Shown here one piece after another: positions 9,777 through 19,800 of a stretch of 64,000 nt of DNA. A model generated the notes under the pieces. That model was given only the letters and a program-made list of their open reading frames with translations, made no database searches and was not told where the DNA came from. The stretch's first letter is position 1, and each line of letters begins with the position of its first letter. The position numbers were made by a program, and so were the translations under genes. Origin of the DNA: Candidatus Giovannonibacteria bacterium (lineage in GTDB: Bacteria > Patescibacteriota > Minisyncoccia > UBA11713 > 2-01-FULL-45-33); NCBI GenBank assembly GCA_016432405.1, contig CP066687.1, positions 411,040 through 475,039 on the forward strand. Direction: 5' to 3'.

Positions 9777-9821
9777 AGATTTATTATAGATTTATTATAC
9801 CTATAATCAACTTCAACGCAA

Positions 9822-10556
9822 TTGGTCAACCTGCCAGGTTGACCAAAAAATCTTCATAATCCTTTGCTTTGCTGCTGCTTACAAACGCGCCGTACTCTTC
9901 AGAACTAGAAAATTGATCCAACAAAATAGACCTGTTTATAAAATTGCCGAATCTATTCGAACCGATATAATCTTGATAACTAGACCATGGATACTTAGAT
10001 TCTTTATTGCGCCAACCAATCAACTCTCTAGGATTGCGGTGAATATACGCAGATAAATGCAAAAGATATTCATTGGTATCAACCAATATTTTATGGCAGT
10101 GGCTGCTGAACAAGTAGCCACTGCGCTTGTGTCTAAGGTTGAAATATTTAGTGTAGCTATTTCCTAATCTGCTCATAAACTTACTAATTCCATTTTCTTG
10201 TAATTCCAGAAGCATCAAATGGTAGTGATTTGGCATCAAAACAAATCCAATAAGCTCAACGATCTGCGCATTAAAAATGTCTCGCTCAATTTCTTGAAGC
10301 GCCGACGTGCCACGTTGACCAAATTTTTTCGCTAGGCTGGAAATGTGATTGAAAAATACATTACCCTGAAGCGCGCAGAGCAAAAATAAAAATCTATTTC
10401 TGTCGTCGTCATCAGCAAAAATATCACGTTTTTCCACGCCTCTGCTAAAAATGTGGTATACCGAATGCTCGCCCTCAAAAGTTATTTTCTTGTTCATGTC
10501 GTTATATTACACCCGCAGGCACTTTTTGGTCAACCTGGCAGGTTGACGGTTGACCA
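9822..10556 (-). mobile_element. RAYT-like cassette 1 bounded by TTGGTCAACCTG-N-CAGGTTGACCAA palindromes
   Basis: Perfect palindrome 9822-9846 over the stop codon; inverted copy 10526-10547 upstream; degenerate internal copy ~10302-10323. Confidence 0.8.
9826..10497 (-). CDS. REP-associated tyrosine transposase (RAYT/Y1 HUH) 1
   Basis: YHIFSRG, LMPNHYHL (HUH), YTKYFN, YIHRNP (catalytic Tyr), YPWSSY. Confidence 0.9.
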   Translation of the reverse strand: MNKKITFEGEHSVYHIFSRGVEKRDIFADDDDRNRFLFLLCALQGNVFFNHISSLAKKFGQRGTSALQEIERDIFNAQIVELIGFVLMPNHYHLMLLELQENGISKFMSRLGNSYTKYFNLRHKRSGYLFSSHCHKILVDTNEYLLHLSAYIHRNPRELIGWRNKESKYPWSSYQDYIGSNRFGNFINRSILLDQFSSSEEYGAFVSSSKAKDYEDFLVNLAG

Positions 10557-10563
10557 GTTGGTC

Positions 10564-11625
10564 TCAGAAGATTTTAGCAATGTCGCGGTAGGTTATGGCA
10601 AGCATAAGGGCGATTAAAATCATAAGCCCCAAGCTGTGAGCCAAAGCGCTGGTTCTGGAAGAAATGCGCTTGCCGCGCAAGGCCTCAATCAAAAGAAAAA
10701 ATAATCTCCCGCCGTCCAAACCCGGAAACGGCAGAATATTGACTAGGGCAAGATTAACGGATAAAACGGCAATTAATATAAGGAGTACGCCGAAGCCCAG
10801 ATTGATTGCGGAAGAGGTAATGTTGAAAATTCCAACGGGACCCGCCACTTCAACAGGCAAAGCTTCTCTTTTAAAAAGGCTTTGGATAAGCCCCCACAGT
10901 CCCAAAACCGTTCCTTTTAAAATTTCCCAAGTGAACTTCGCGCCGTCTATCGGAGCCAGATACCACGGAGATTTTTTTACGCGCACAAGCCCAAGAGCAA
11001 TTCCCAACGGCCCCTCGCCTTCCGGCGGATTCTGGCGGGACAGAGCGCTGACCGCAAGCGATTTTTCTCCCCGAATCAGAGAAAGCGAGATATTTTTGCC
11101 TTGGTTTTGTTTAATAAAGTTTTGCACTTCTCCTATTTTTTGAAATCCTGGGATTTGGTCTCCTGGTATTATACCGGCGCGCTCGGCGGGTGAATCCGGG
11201 GCGATATCCATAATAATTATTTTGGCGTCGGGATAATTGCCGCTTTCTTCTTCGGAGACGGCTTGCAGGACGCCCAAACCACTGACCAAAGTAAGCGCGA
11301 AATAAGCCAAAATAATATTGGCAAATACTCCGCTGGCCAGTATCACGGCTCTTTTTGGCGCAGATTTTGAGCCGAAACTGCCCAGCTTATCGCCGGCGTC
11401 TCCTTCCTCGCCGAAAATTTTTACGAACCCGCCGAAGGGCAGAAGGTTCAAAGAAAAAAGCGTCCCGCGCTTGTCCCGCCATAGCTCCAGAATGCGCGGC
11501 GGGATTCCAAAGCCGAATTCTTCAACTTTTATTCCGAAAGCCCGCGCCGCGAAAAAATGCCCAAATTCATGGGAAAGAACCAAAATTAACAATATTGCTA
11601 TAAAAATGAATGCCGTGATTATCAT
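10564..11625 (-). CDS. rseP: RIP metalloprotease RseP (M50) with PDZ domain
   Basis: HEFGH, LLPFGGFV, NILPFPGLDGG. Confidence 0.95.
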   Translation of the reverse strand: MIITAFIFIAILLILVLSHEFGHFFAARAFGIKVEEFGFGIPPRILELWRDKRGTLFSLNLLPFGGFVKIFGEEGDAGDKLGSFGSKSAPKRAVILASGVFANIILAYFALTLVSGLGVLQAVSEEESGNYPDAKIIIMDIAPDSPAERAGIIPGDQIPGFQKIGEVQNFIKQNQGKNISLSLIRGEKSLAVSALSRQNPPEGEGPLGIALGLVRVKKSPWYLAPIDGAKFTWEILKGTVLGLWGLIQSLFKREALPVEVAGPVGIFNITSSAINLGFGVLLILIAVLSVNLALVNILPFPGLDGGRLFFLLIEALRGKRISSRTSALAHSLGLMILIALMLAITYRDIAKIF

Positions 11626-11633
11626 TGAAAATT

Positions 11634-12185
11634 CTAGATTTCCATTATCTCTTTTTCTTTTTTTTCAGAAAGTTTTTTTATTTTTTCATTGACGTTTTCA
11701 GTCATTCGCTCCATCTTTTCTTTTTGCGAATATTTTTGGGTTTCGGAAATCAATTTTGCCCGCTCCTCCTCCTGGATTGTTTTCCAAATATCATCCCTTC
11801 TTTTTCTGACTTCTATTCTTGCTTCTTCCTCTTTTTTGCCCAAGAGCTTAACAAATTCCTTCCGGCGTTCCTCCGTAAGCGCCGGGAAAACCGCTCTAAC
11901 CTGGTCCCCTTCAGAAATAATGGAAAGCCCTAAATCGGCTTTCTCCAAAGCGGCTTCTATCGCCAGGAGCAAATTTTTGTCCCACGGTTTTATGAGCACG
12001 CTCTTTGGGTCCGGCGAGGACAAAGCGGCCAAGTGCGCGAGCGGGGTCGGCGCCCCGTAAGAATCCGCCGTAATCCCTTCCAAGACGGCCGGGGACGCCC
12101 TTCCTATGCGGATTTTTTTTAACTCTTCCTCAAAATTAGCCAAAATTTTTTTAAATTCTTTTTCTTCTGCGGAAAAATCAATCAT
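11634..12185 (-). CDS. frr: Ribosome recycling factor
   Basis: IRIGRASP, IKPWD, PALTEERRKE. Confidence 0.95.
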   Translation of the reverse strand: MIDFSAEEKEFKKILANFEEELKKIRIGRASPAVLEGITADSYGAPTPLAHLAALSSPDPKSVLIKPWDKNLLLAIEAALEKADLGLSIISEGDQVRAVFPALTEERRKEFVKLLGKKEEEARIEVRKRRDDIWKTIQEEERAKLISETQKYSQKEKMERMTENVNEKIKKLSEKKEKEIMEI

Positions 12186-12790
12186 GGCGCCATATTTAAG
12201 TATTCTCCGATTAAACGTTTATTCGCCGTCGGGTCGGCGGAAAGAGCGCAGGCCCGGAGCGCTTTCTCCAATTTTAAAATATTGTCCCGGTTTAACCCGG
12301 CGCGCAGCGCATCCTCGCTGCTCATAAGCGATTTTTTGAGGCGGAGCTCAAACTCGTCTCCCCCGCTCCGCTCGGCGAACGCGGATTTTGAAAAAAATCT
12401 GAAGGCCGAAAAACGCGATTTAATCGTGAGAGGAATCGCCCGCGTGTTTTTTGTGGTCGCGATGATAATTGAGCCGGCCGGCGGCTCTTCAAGGATTTTC
12501 AGCATGGCCGGCGCGGCCTCGCGGCTTAGGTTTTCAATACTTTCCACCAGAAAAACGTTTTTGGGGCTCACAATCGGCCTTCGCGATGCCTTGGACTTAA
12601 GCGAACGCACGTCTTCTATCGTAATAGGAGCGGATTCAATTTTAAAAAAATCCGGACTTTTCTCGGCTTGTTCCCCCAAAAAACGGCCGAGCAAAAATTT
12701 TATCGCCTCGCTCTTCGCCCTCTCGTCGTTGCCGTAAAAGAGATACGCGTGATTTGGAAATTGGAAATTGGAAATTGGAAATTTCATCAT
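12182..12790 (-). CDS. holB: DNA polymerase III delta-prime-like (short)
   Basis: HAYLFYG, SPDF, ITIEDVR, AMLKILEEPP, TIKSR. Confidence 0.8.
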   Translation of the reverse strand: MMKFPISNFQFPNHAYLFYGNDERAKSEAIKFLLGRFLGEQAEKSPDFFKIESAPITIEDVRSLKSKASRRPIVSPKNVFLVESIENLSREAAPAMLKILEEPPAGSIIIATTKNTRAIPLTIKSRFSAFRFFSKSAFAERSGGDEFELRLKKSLMSSEDALRAGLNRDNILKLEKALRACALSADPTANKRLIGEYLNMAP

Positions 12791-13800
12791 CTTTTGGCGA
12801 TTATGCTTTTTTTATAGGACTCAAGATGCTCCATGGCGATGCCGGTTCCTTTGGCCACGCAGTAAAGCGCGTCTTTGGCCACCGCCGCCGGCACGCCGGT
12901 TGACCTTGAAACCAAAACGTTGAGGTTTCGGAGAAGCGACCCTCCGCCGGTCATCACTATTCCGTTTTCAATTATGTCGGAGGCAAGTTCGGGAGGAGTG
13001 TTGTGCAAAACCTGCTTTATGGCCTTCACTATATCCCGCAGCTCGCCGTCTATCGCTTTAACCACTTCGTTCGTGCGGATATCAATTGACCTCGGAAGTC
13101 CGGTGAGAAAATCCCTTCCTTTTATGGCCATCGTGAGCTCTTCCTCAATAGGAATCGCGGAGCCGATGCCGATTTTTATCTGCTCGGCGGTTGAGTCCCC
13201 TATCGCCAGATTAAATTGCCTTTTAATGTAGTCGGCGATTGCCTGGTCTATTTTATTGCCGGCGACTTTTACCGAAATTGAGCTTACTATCCCGCCCAAT
13301 GAAATCACCGCCGCGTCCGCCGTCCCTCCGCCGATATCCACCACCATATGCCCCTGGGGCTCGTGTATCGGAATGCCCGCGCCGATGGCGGCCAGCACCG
13401 GCTCTTTTACGACGTACGCCGATTTTGCTCCGGCCTTAACCGCCGCCTCAACCACTGACCTGCGTTCCGTTGAAGTCACGCCCGCGGGCACGGAAACCAA
13501 AACCTCCGGCTTGACGAGATTCCATCTGCCGGTCGTCTTGGAAATAAAATAGCGCAGCATCGCCTCCGTCACGCGGTAGTCCGCGATTACGCCGTCTTTC
13601 ATCGGCCGGTAAGCGACAATCGTCTCCGGCGTGCGGCCAATCATCACCTTGGCTTCGTTGCCCACGGCCAAGACGCGGTTTTCCGGGAGCGTCACCGCCA
13701 CAACCGAGGGCTCGTTTAACACTATTCCTTTCCCGGGAATATAAACCAGCGTGTTGGCCGTGCCCAAGTCAATTCCGATTTTTTTTATGAAAAAATTCAT
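12787..13800 (-). CDS. mreB: Second MreB/Mbl-family actin
   Basis: GIDLGTANT, DIGGGTAD, TPPELASDI, GGGSLL. Confidence 0.93.
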   Translation of the reverse strand: MNFFIKKIGIDLGTANTLVYIPGKGIVLNEPSVVAVTLPENRVLAVGNEAKVMIGRTPETIVAYRPMKDGVIADYRVTEAMLRYFISKTTGRWNLVKPEVLVSVPAGVTSTERRSVVEAAVKAGAKSAYVVKEPVLAAIGAGIPIHEPQGHMVVDIGGGTADAAVISLGGIVSSISVKVAGNKIDQAIADYIKRQFNLAIGDSTAEQIKIGIGSAIPIEEELTMAIKGRDFLTGLPRSIDIRTNEVVKAIDGELRDIVKAIKQVLHNTPPELASDIIENGIVMTGGGSLLRNLNVLVSRSTGVPAAVAKDALYCVAKGTGIAMEHLESYKKSIIAKR

Positions 13801-13845
13801 CGTAAAGATGCTTCATTTATAGCATTTTTGTGTTGGAATGTAAAA

Positions 13846-15111
13846 TTACTCCACTCTTTTAATCTCCGCTCCGAGTTTGCGGAGGCGTTCGTCTATTTTT
13901 TCGTACCCGCGGTCGATTTGGTAAATGTTGCCGATTTGAGATTCCCCGTTGGCAATGAGCGCGGCCATTAGAAACGCAAGCCCAGCCCGGATATCCGGCC
14001 CCTCTAGATTCCATCCCGCTAAATTGGACGGGCCGTGCACAATTGCGCGATGAGGATCGCAAAGAGTAATACGCGCCCCCATCTTATTTAAATCTTCCAC
14101 GTAACTTAAGCGGCCTTCAAAAATAGTTTCATGTATCATGCTGGCGCCCTCCGCCTGCGTTGCAAAAACAACGTATGGCGCCTGCAAATCAGTGGCAAAA
14201 CCCGGATATTCTTTTGTTTGAATGTTAACCGCTCTCCCGACGTAACGTCGGGATTGCTTCAAAGCAAGCTCGCCATTCCCGATTTCATATTCAACTCCGG
14301 CGGCTTTTAAAACCGCAAGCAGGGCTGTAAGTTCTTCTGCCGGAAAATTTTTAATTGTCATTTCTTTTGCGGCAACAGCCCCGAGGATCGCCAAGCTCCC
14401 GGCTTCTATGCGGTCTGGCGGAGCAAAAAATGGAACTTGCCCGGAAAGCGGTTTTCCTGCACGGCCTTCTATAGTTATCGTGTGCGTGCCGGCTCCGCGG
14501 ATCTCCGCGCCGTTTTTATTCAGCCAATCTGCTAAACTCGCAATTTCCGGCTCTTCGGCGGCATTTCTTAAAACAGTCTGCCCTTTGGCTAAAATAGCCG
14601 TCATCATCAGCCCTTCGGTTCCGGTAACGCTCGGCACACGAAAAATAAAATCGCAGCCTTTAAGGCCTCGAGGCGCGCTGACTTCATAAATCGTTAAATT
14701 ATGGACGTCCGACGTCAATAGTTTACTATGGACGTCGGACGTCGATATATTAGCCCCCATTGCTTTCCAGCCGTCTAAAAAAACATCAATCGGCCGCGCG
14801 CCGATCACGCATCCTCCCGGGTGCGGAAAAGAGGTTTTGCCGAAATGCGCCAAAGCTGGCCCCACTGCCAAAATAGAAGCGCGGATTTTTTTTGCGATCT
14901 CATAATCAAATTGCCCGCCATTTACACTATCCAGAAGCTCTTTCATTCTTTTGATATCTTCAATTTCCGGAAGGTTTTGAAAAGCCGGTCCGCCAGCTGG
15001 CGGAGAAAAAAGCAGCGAGGCAGCCAGAGCCGGCAAAGACGCGTTTTTGGAGCCGGAAACCGAAATATTGCCTTCCAGCGCCTTGCCTCCTTTCACTAAA
15101 AATTTTGCCAT
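13846..15111 (-). CDS. murA: UDP-N-acetylglucosamine 1-carboxyvinyltransferase
   Basis: SGSKNA, IRASIL, PGGCVIGARP, DRIEAG, YPGFATDLQ, IDRGYE; three in-frame palindromic inserts. Confidence 0.96.
   Translation of the reverse strand: MAKFLVKGGKALEGNISVSGSKNASLPALAASLLFSPPAGGPAFQNLPEIEDIKRMKELLDSVNGGQFDYEIAKKIRASILAVGPALAHFGKTSFPHPGGCVIGARPIDVFLDGWKAMGANISTSDVHSKLLTSDVHNLTIYEVSAPRGLKGCDFIFRVPSVTGTEGLMMTAILAKGQTVLRNAAEEPEIASLADWLNKNGAEIRGAGTHTITIEGRAGKPLSGQVPFFAPPDRIEAGSLAILGAVAAKEMTIKNFPAEELTALLAVLKAAGVEYEIGNGELALKQSRRYVGRAVNIQTKEYPGFATDLQAPYVVFATQAEGASMIHETIFEGRLSYVEDLNKMGARITLCDPHRAIVHGPSNLAGWNLEGPDIRAGLAFLMAALIANGESQIGNIYQIDRGYEKIDERLRKLGAEIKRVE
14704..14743. repeat. Inverted doublet of GACGTC-N-GACGTC palindromes in frame in murA
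   Basis: gacgtccgacgtc-aatagtttactatg-gacgtcggacgtc; same doublet in trmD 24606-24649. Confidence 0.85.
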
Positions 15112-15146
15112 TGGCTTAAATTTATGATAGATTAAGCCGAAAGGCA

Positions 15147-16055
15147 ATGTTAACCAAAAGAAAGCGCAGAATATTTTTCTACATATCTATTTTTGTTTTT
15201 TTGCTCGCCGCCCTTCCCATAATTTTTTACAGCCAAGGATATAGATTGGGGAAAGACCTGGCCCTGCACAAAACCGGCGGAATTTTTATAAAGGCATCCG
15301 AATCCGGAGCCGTCATAAAAGCGGATAAAAAGACCAAATCAACTTCTCTAATCAACAAATCCGCTCTCATCAAAAATCTCCTTCCGGGTGACTATCAAAT
15401 CAGCGCGGAAAAAGAGGGGTTTTGGCCGTGGGCAAAGAGGATTGAGGTTTTGCCGGAGATGGTAGCGGAACGAAGCGCGCTTTTAGTGCCCAAAAATCCA
15501 AAAATGGAAAACCTTGGGACAACCTCGCTGCAGATTGAAAACCCGAAACCCCCGTATCCATCTGTTAAAAAATTCTGGGAAGTCCCAAAAACCGGGGACT
15601 TCATTGTCTTGGGGGAGGACGGCAATTTTTACAAAAACCGCGCTCGCCTGGACGTAATCGGGCTTTGGGGCACGACAACCTATAATATTTTAAAAAGCAA
15701 AAAAAGCAGCTTTTTTGACGAAGATTTCTTAAAAATCGTCTATTGGGACACTCACTCGGTTGGCGCTTATTGGTTCGGGGACTTTGAGCGCGCGCCTAAA
15801 TGGCAGAAAGAAAGGGAACTGGACATATTTTACTCGGATTCGGAGCTTGCGGACGCAAGATTCTATCCCGGCTGGCCGGATTATCTCATAGCCGTAAGCG
15901 GCGATGGGATATACACTCTGGAGATGGACTCATCCGGCGGACAGAACATCGCCCCGCTCTACAAAGGAAGAAAACCGAAAATAGTGTTTATGGATAAAGA
16001 GACCCCGGCTTTAATTATCTTTGACTCTGGCCAATACATCCAGCTCAAACTTTAA
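15147..16055 (+). CDS. PEGA-domain membrane-anchored protein
   Basis: N-terminal TM, YSQGYR, TGGIFI, LLPGDYQISAEKEGFWPWAK. Confidence 0.75.
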   Translation: MLTKRKRRIFFYISIFVFLLAALPIIFYSQGYRLGKDLALHKTGGIFIKASESGAVIKADKKTKSTSLINKSALIKNLLPGDYQISAEKEGFWPWAKRIEVLPEMVAERSALLVPKNPKMENLGTTSLQIENPKPPYPSVKKFWEVPKTGDFIVLGEDGNFYKNRARLDVIGLWGTTTYNILKSKKSSFFDEDFLKIVYWDTHSVGAYWFGDFERAPKWQKERELDIFYSDSELADARFYPGWPDYLIAVSGDGIYTLEMDSSGGQNIAPLYKGRKPKIVFMDKETPALIIFDSGQYIQLKL

Positions 16056-16134
16056 TAAACCTTAATAAATTATCCACAGCTTATAAACAAGCTTTCGCTC
16101 GACAGCCGGCTTTTCATTTTTTAGAATAAAAAAC

Positions 16135-16359
16135 ATGGAGGCGGCTAAAAAGTATTTAACCATCAACCAAACCGCGAAGCTGGTCGGCGTAACCACGCTT
16201 ACATTGCGCAACTGGGACAATGCGCGCAAATTCCGCGCCGCGCGCCACCCAATAAACAACTACAGAATGTATACCCTTGAACAAATAGAAGTACTCTTAA
16301 AAAAAATGGGATTGCCCAGACCTCCAAGAAAACTCGTGATTCAAGTTTTGGAGGACTAA
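16135..16359 (+). CDS. MerR-family HTH small protein
   Basis: YLTINQTAKLVGVTTLTLRNWD...RHPINNYRMY. Confidence 0.85.
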   Translation: MEAAKKYLTINQTAKLVGVTTLTLRNWDNARKFRAARHPINNYRMYTLEQIEVLLKKMGLPRPPRKLVIQVLED

Positions 16360-16366
16360 TTCTAAA

Positions 16367-16845
16367 ACAATTTTTAATTTTCAATTTCAAATTTTAAATG
16401 AATTTTCAATTCAATAATTTTTTAATGATTAGCCATGGTTGCTGTTATTTTTCCAAAAATTAGCGTGAGCTGCTGAGCTTCTACCCACAATTTTTTGGCA
16501 TCAGTTTCCGATTTTTTGTCAGTATTGGCAATAATTCTTAGCCAATATTTTGTTTCTTGCGCTTCTTTCTTGCAGATGTGGATTTTGTTTCTAAAATCTT
16601 TTCTTGAACTTGCCCCATTCGCTTCGCAATAATTGGCACCGACAGAAGTACCCGCCCTTACCAGCTGTGAAATCAGCGGTAAGGTTACTGGATTTTTATC
16701 TATTTTTGAAGCCAAACTTATTACGCTTTCTGCAAATTTAGCCGTTCTTTCTTCCAAATCGTAATTCATAATTTAACATTAGATTTAACATTGGATCATT
16801 AGATAATTGATTCAAAATTTGAAATTCAAAATTTAAAATTTTTAT
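16367..16845. repeat. AT-rich heptad repeat tracts flanking the four-helix-bundle gene in inverted orientation
   Basis: ttttaa/tttcaa units at 16370-16425; tttgaaa/tttaaaa/ttagat units at 16771-16845. Confidence 0.7.
16422..16769 (-). CDS. Four helix bundle protein (23S rRNA IVP / Avd-like family)
   Basis: DLEERT..FA, QLVRAGTSVGANYCEA, SRKDF, KEAQETKYWL. Confidence 0.92.
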   Translation of the reverse strand: MNYDLEERTAKFAESVISLASKIDKNPVTLPLISQLVRAGTSVGANYCEANGASSRKDFRNKIHICKKEAQETKYWLRIIANTDKKSETDAKKLWVEAQQLTLIFGKITATMANH

Positions 16846-19800
16846 TGAACCACCTCCACCGTCCTTACGGCTGTCGCGCTGTTTCCGGCGCTGTCGGTCG
16901 CGGAGTAAAGAATCGTGTGCGTGGTGGTGGTTGAGGTGTCCAGCGAAAGCCCGTCTCCTTGCGAAAGTGCCGGTCCCCCATTTAAAGAAGCAGTGTAACC
17001 GAGATTTGAATCAACGTTATCCGTGACGGTTACTCCCATATCCGCGTAACTCGCGCCCACGTTAATCGTCGCCGGGTTATTTCCCAAAATTGTGATTACC
17101 GGCGGGATAACATCGGGTGTTGAAGAAGAAACACCCGATGTTGAGGAGCCGGCGGCGCCGCACGCTCCTGCTTCCGATTTCAAAACCCCATTCTCCGAAA
17201 ACACGCAGACCGGCCCGCCGGTGGCGCGGTCATAAATTGTGAATCCCTGCGGCCCGGTTACGGTGAGTTTTTGCGTTTCAATTTCCTGAACAATCAATTT
17301 TCCGTTTTCATCTATACTCCACAATCCGGAGGCCGACAAAATCTTGCGGACGTTTATGATGTCGTTATTTTGCAAATCCAAGAGACCGGTCGTTCCCAAA
17401 GCAAGCCCTGAAATCTTCGCGTTCAATTCCTGAATCGCTTTTGCCAAAACCGCGGTCAGGTTCGCGTATTTAACATTGACCGGCGTAGAGGACGCGTCAA
17501 GCGTGACCAGCCGCGGGTCAATGCCGAAAACTTCTTCCGCGATTAAACCGACCTGTTCTCCCTTAACTCCGATGTCGTCATTATAAAGGAACGATACCGG
17601 GCGCAAATTTAATACCGTTTCAAGCGCTCCGGCGCCAAGCGAATTAATGTCGTGCTTGAAACGTTGCGAAGAACCCGTGCAGGCCGCGCCATCGCTATAT
17701 GTGACTTCCTTGTTCGCGGAGAGACAGAGAGCTCCGGCTCCGGCTCCGGCCGTAAGCCCGGAAAACGCCGCCGTCCCCGCAACCGACAAAGTCCTCCACG
17801 GCGTCGTGCTTGCGATGCCGAAATCTCCTCCGTTATTAATATATGATTTGTCGGTGCTCAAAACTGGATCGGAAACAATTTTAATCACAGTATCGCCAGC
17901 TTCATTAGTCATTGAAAAACTTGCTTGCTGATTACTGTCCATGCCGAGCTGATGACTAACTGAGCCGCTTGGTCTAACTATATTAACACCGAGAGGTCTT
18001 GGTGATGTTCCTAGACCTAACTGAATTTCAAGCGCGCTTTCACTTGTCGGCACACGGCCAATTCCTACTCTTTTGGTCACGCCGTCAACCGAGATAATTG
18101 GGGGGCCTACAGTTGATGAGGTTGCGATGCTCCACGCGTTAATTACTTGCGGAATTGTTGAGGTCGCGGATTTTTGATAGGAGAAAGTCAGCGCGGCCGC
18201 GGTGCTTGAAGAATAGGTGATGAGGTTGGAGTCAAGATAAGCGTTCCCCTGCACGGAAAGCAAACTTGCCGGACTCGTCGTCCCGATGCCGACGTTGCCG
18301 GTGGTTGCTGCAACAACCAAATGGTCTGCCACGCCACCTTCTCTTATGCCAAAGTTGGTATCTGAACTAGAGTTGCTAACATTGCGACCAATGAACCAAT
18401 CTGGCCCGTCGCCAGTATCAAAATACAAACTCACACTTGCCCCAGCGCCGGTGACCGTGTTGGAAAGTCGTATTTGTGCGGGATCAGTTGTGCCCGCGTC
18501 AATGTTTAATGAATAGGTCCCGGGGTTTGCCACCCCAATACCCACATTCCCCGTAAAATATCCATTTCCCGCAACTGAAAAGAGCGAAGCCGGACTCGTC
18601 GTCCCGATGCCGACGTTGCCGCCTGTTGTTATTACAAATTCATTACCTGTAAAATCAGCGTCCTCACTAATCTTAAAGGAATCCGAATCTGAATTATCTA
18701 TGCCTGCATACCATGAAATGACATCAGGCAATTGCCAACGCAATGTCGCATCCCCCGTCCCAGCTTGTTGAATTTTAATTCCCGCCGAACCAGTAAGGGC
18801 ATCATTATTTCTTACAACGAGAGACTGGTCTGGACTCGTCGTCCCAATGCCGACGTTGCCGCTTGTTTGCTGGACCACGAATTGGCTTGTGCCGATAGTG
18901 AAGCCACCTGTCCCGAATGTACTCGTCGCTGTGCCACTCACCGCGAGCGTTCCCGTCGCCGTAAGACCCGCCACAGAAAGATTGCTGGAGAACAGCCCGG
19001 CTCCATGCACCGAAAGCAAACTCCCCGGACTCGTCGTCCCGATGCCGACGTTGCCGTTATCAATTACACTCAAAACCTCCGTAATATTTACCAAGGCGGT
19101 ACTGGCATAACCAAGACTTATTCTAGAATTAGAGCCAGTAGAAAAATTTTCAATTCCTACACGAGTACTACCGCCAGCGTTCATCGCAATCCCATTCCCC
19201 GCGGCACCATTAGAGAAATAAATCTTTGATGCCGCTCCGCCAATTTCCACTTTAGTCGTAGGATTCGCTAACCCGATGCCGACATTGCCGCCATTAAGCA
19301 GAGTTAATACAGGCGGAGTTGAAGTGGCATACGCATCAGTTGATGTTCCCACATAGAGATTCCCTCCCATTGACGATAAGAGCCAATGTTTCAGGTTTGC
19401 TCCGGCAGAAGTATCGGAAAGCGCGAAAGAAGGCCTCGTCCCCGCCGCCTGCAGGAGCCAGTTCGGCGTCGTCGTCCCGATGCCGACGTTGCCACTGATT
19501 ATTGCTCCATTAGTTGGTGGAGTGGCTCCCCCGTCAGCGTAAGTTCCCACAGCTATGCCCTGATAGCCGACAGAAAGTGAGGGGGCTGTAACTCCATTAC
19601 TTCCGGTACCTTTAAGGTCTATTCGAACAGGACCCGAATCCGAAGCGCTGGCTCCGCTCTGTACAAACCGTATTTGTGCGTACCCGTCACCCTCACTAAA
19701 AAATAGATTATTAGCATTTACACCAAGAGCTCGTATCACACCGAGTTCGTCTCCACTGGCAGTCTGAGAAAGCGTGTCTACGCTTGTTCCAACAGATTTT

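Noticed and set aside
16422-16769. Diversity-generating retroelement (Avd)
   Set aside because: No reverse transcriptase or TR/VR pair with adenine-specific mismatches was seen in the window.
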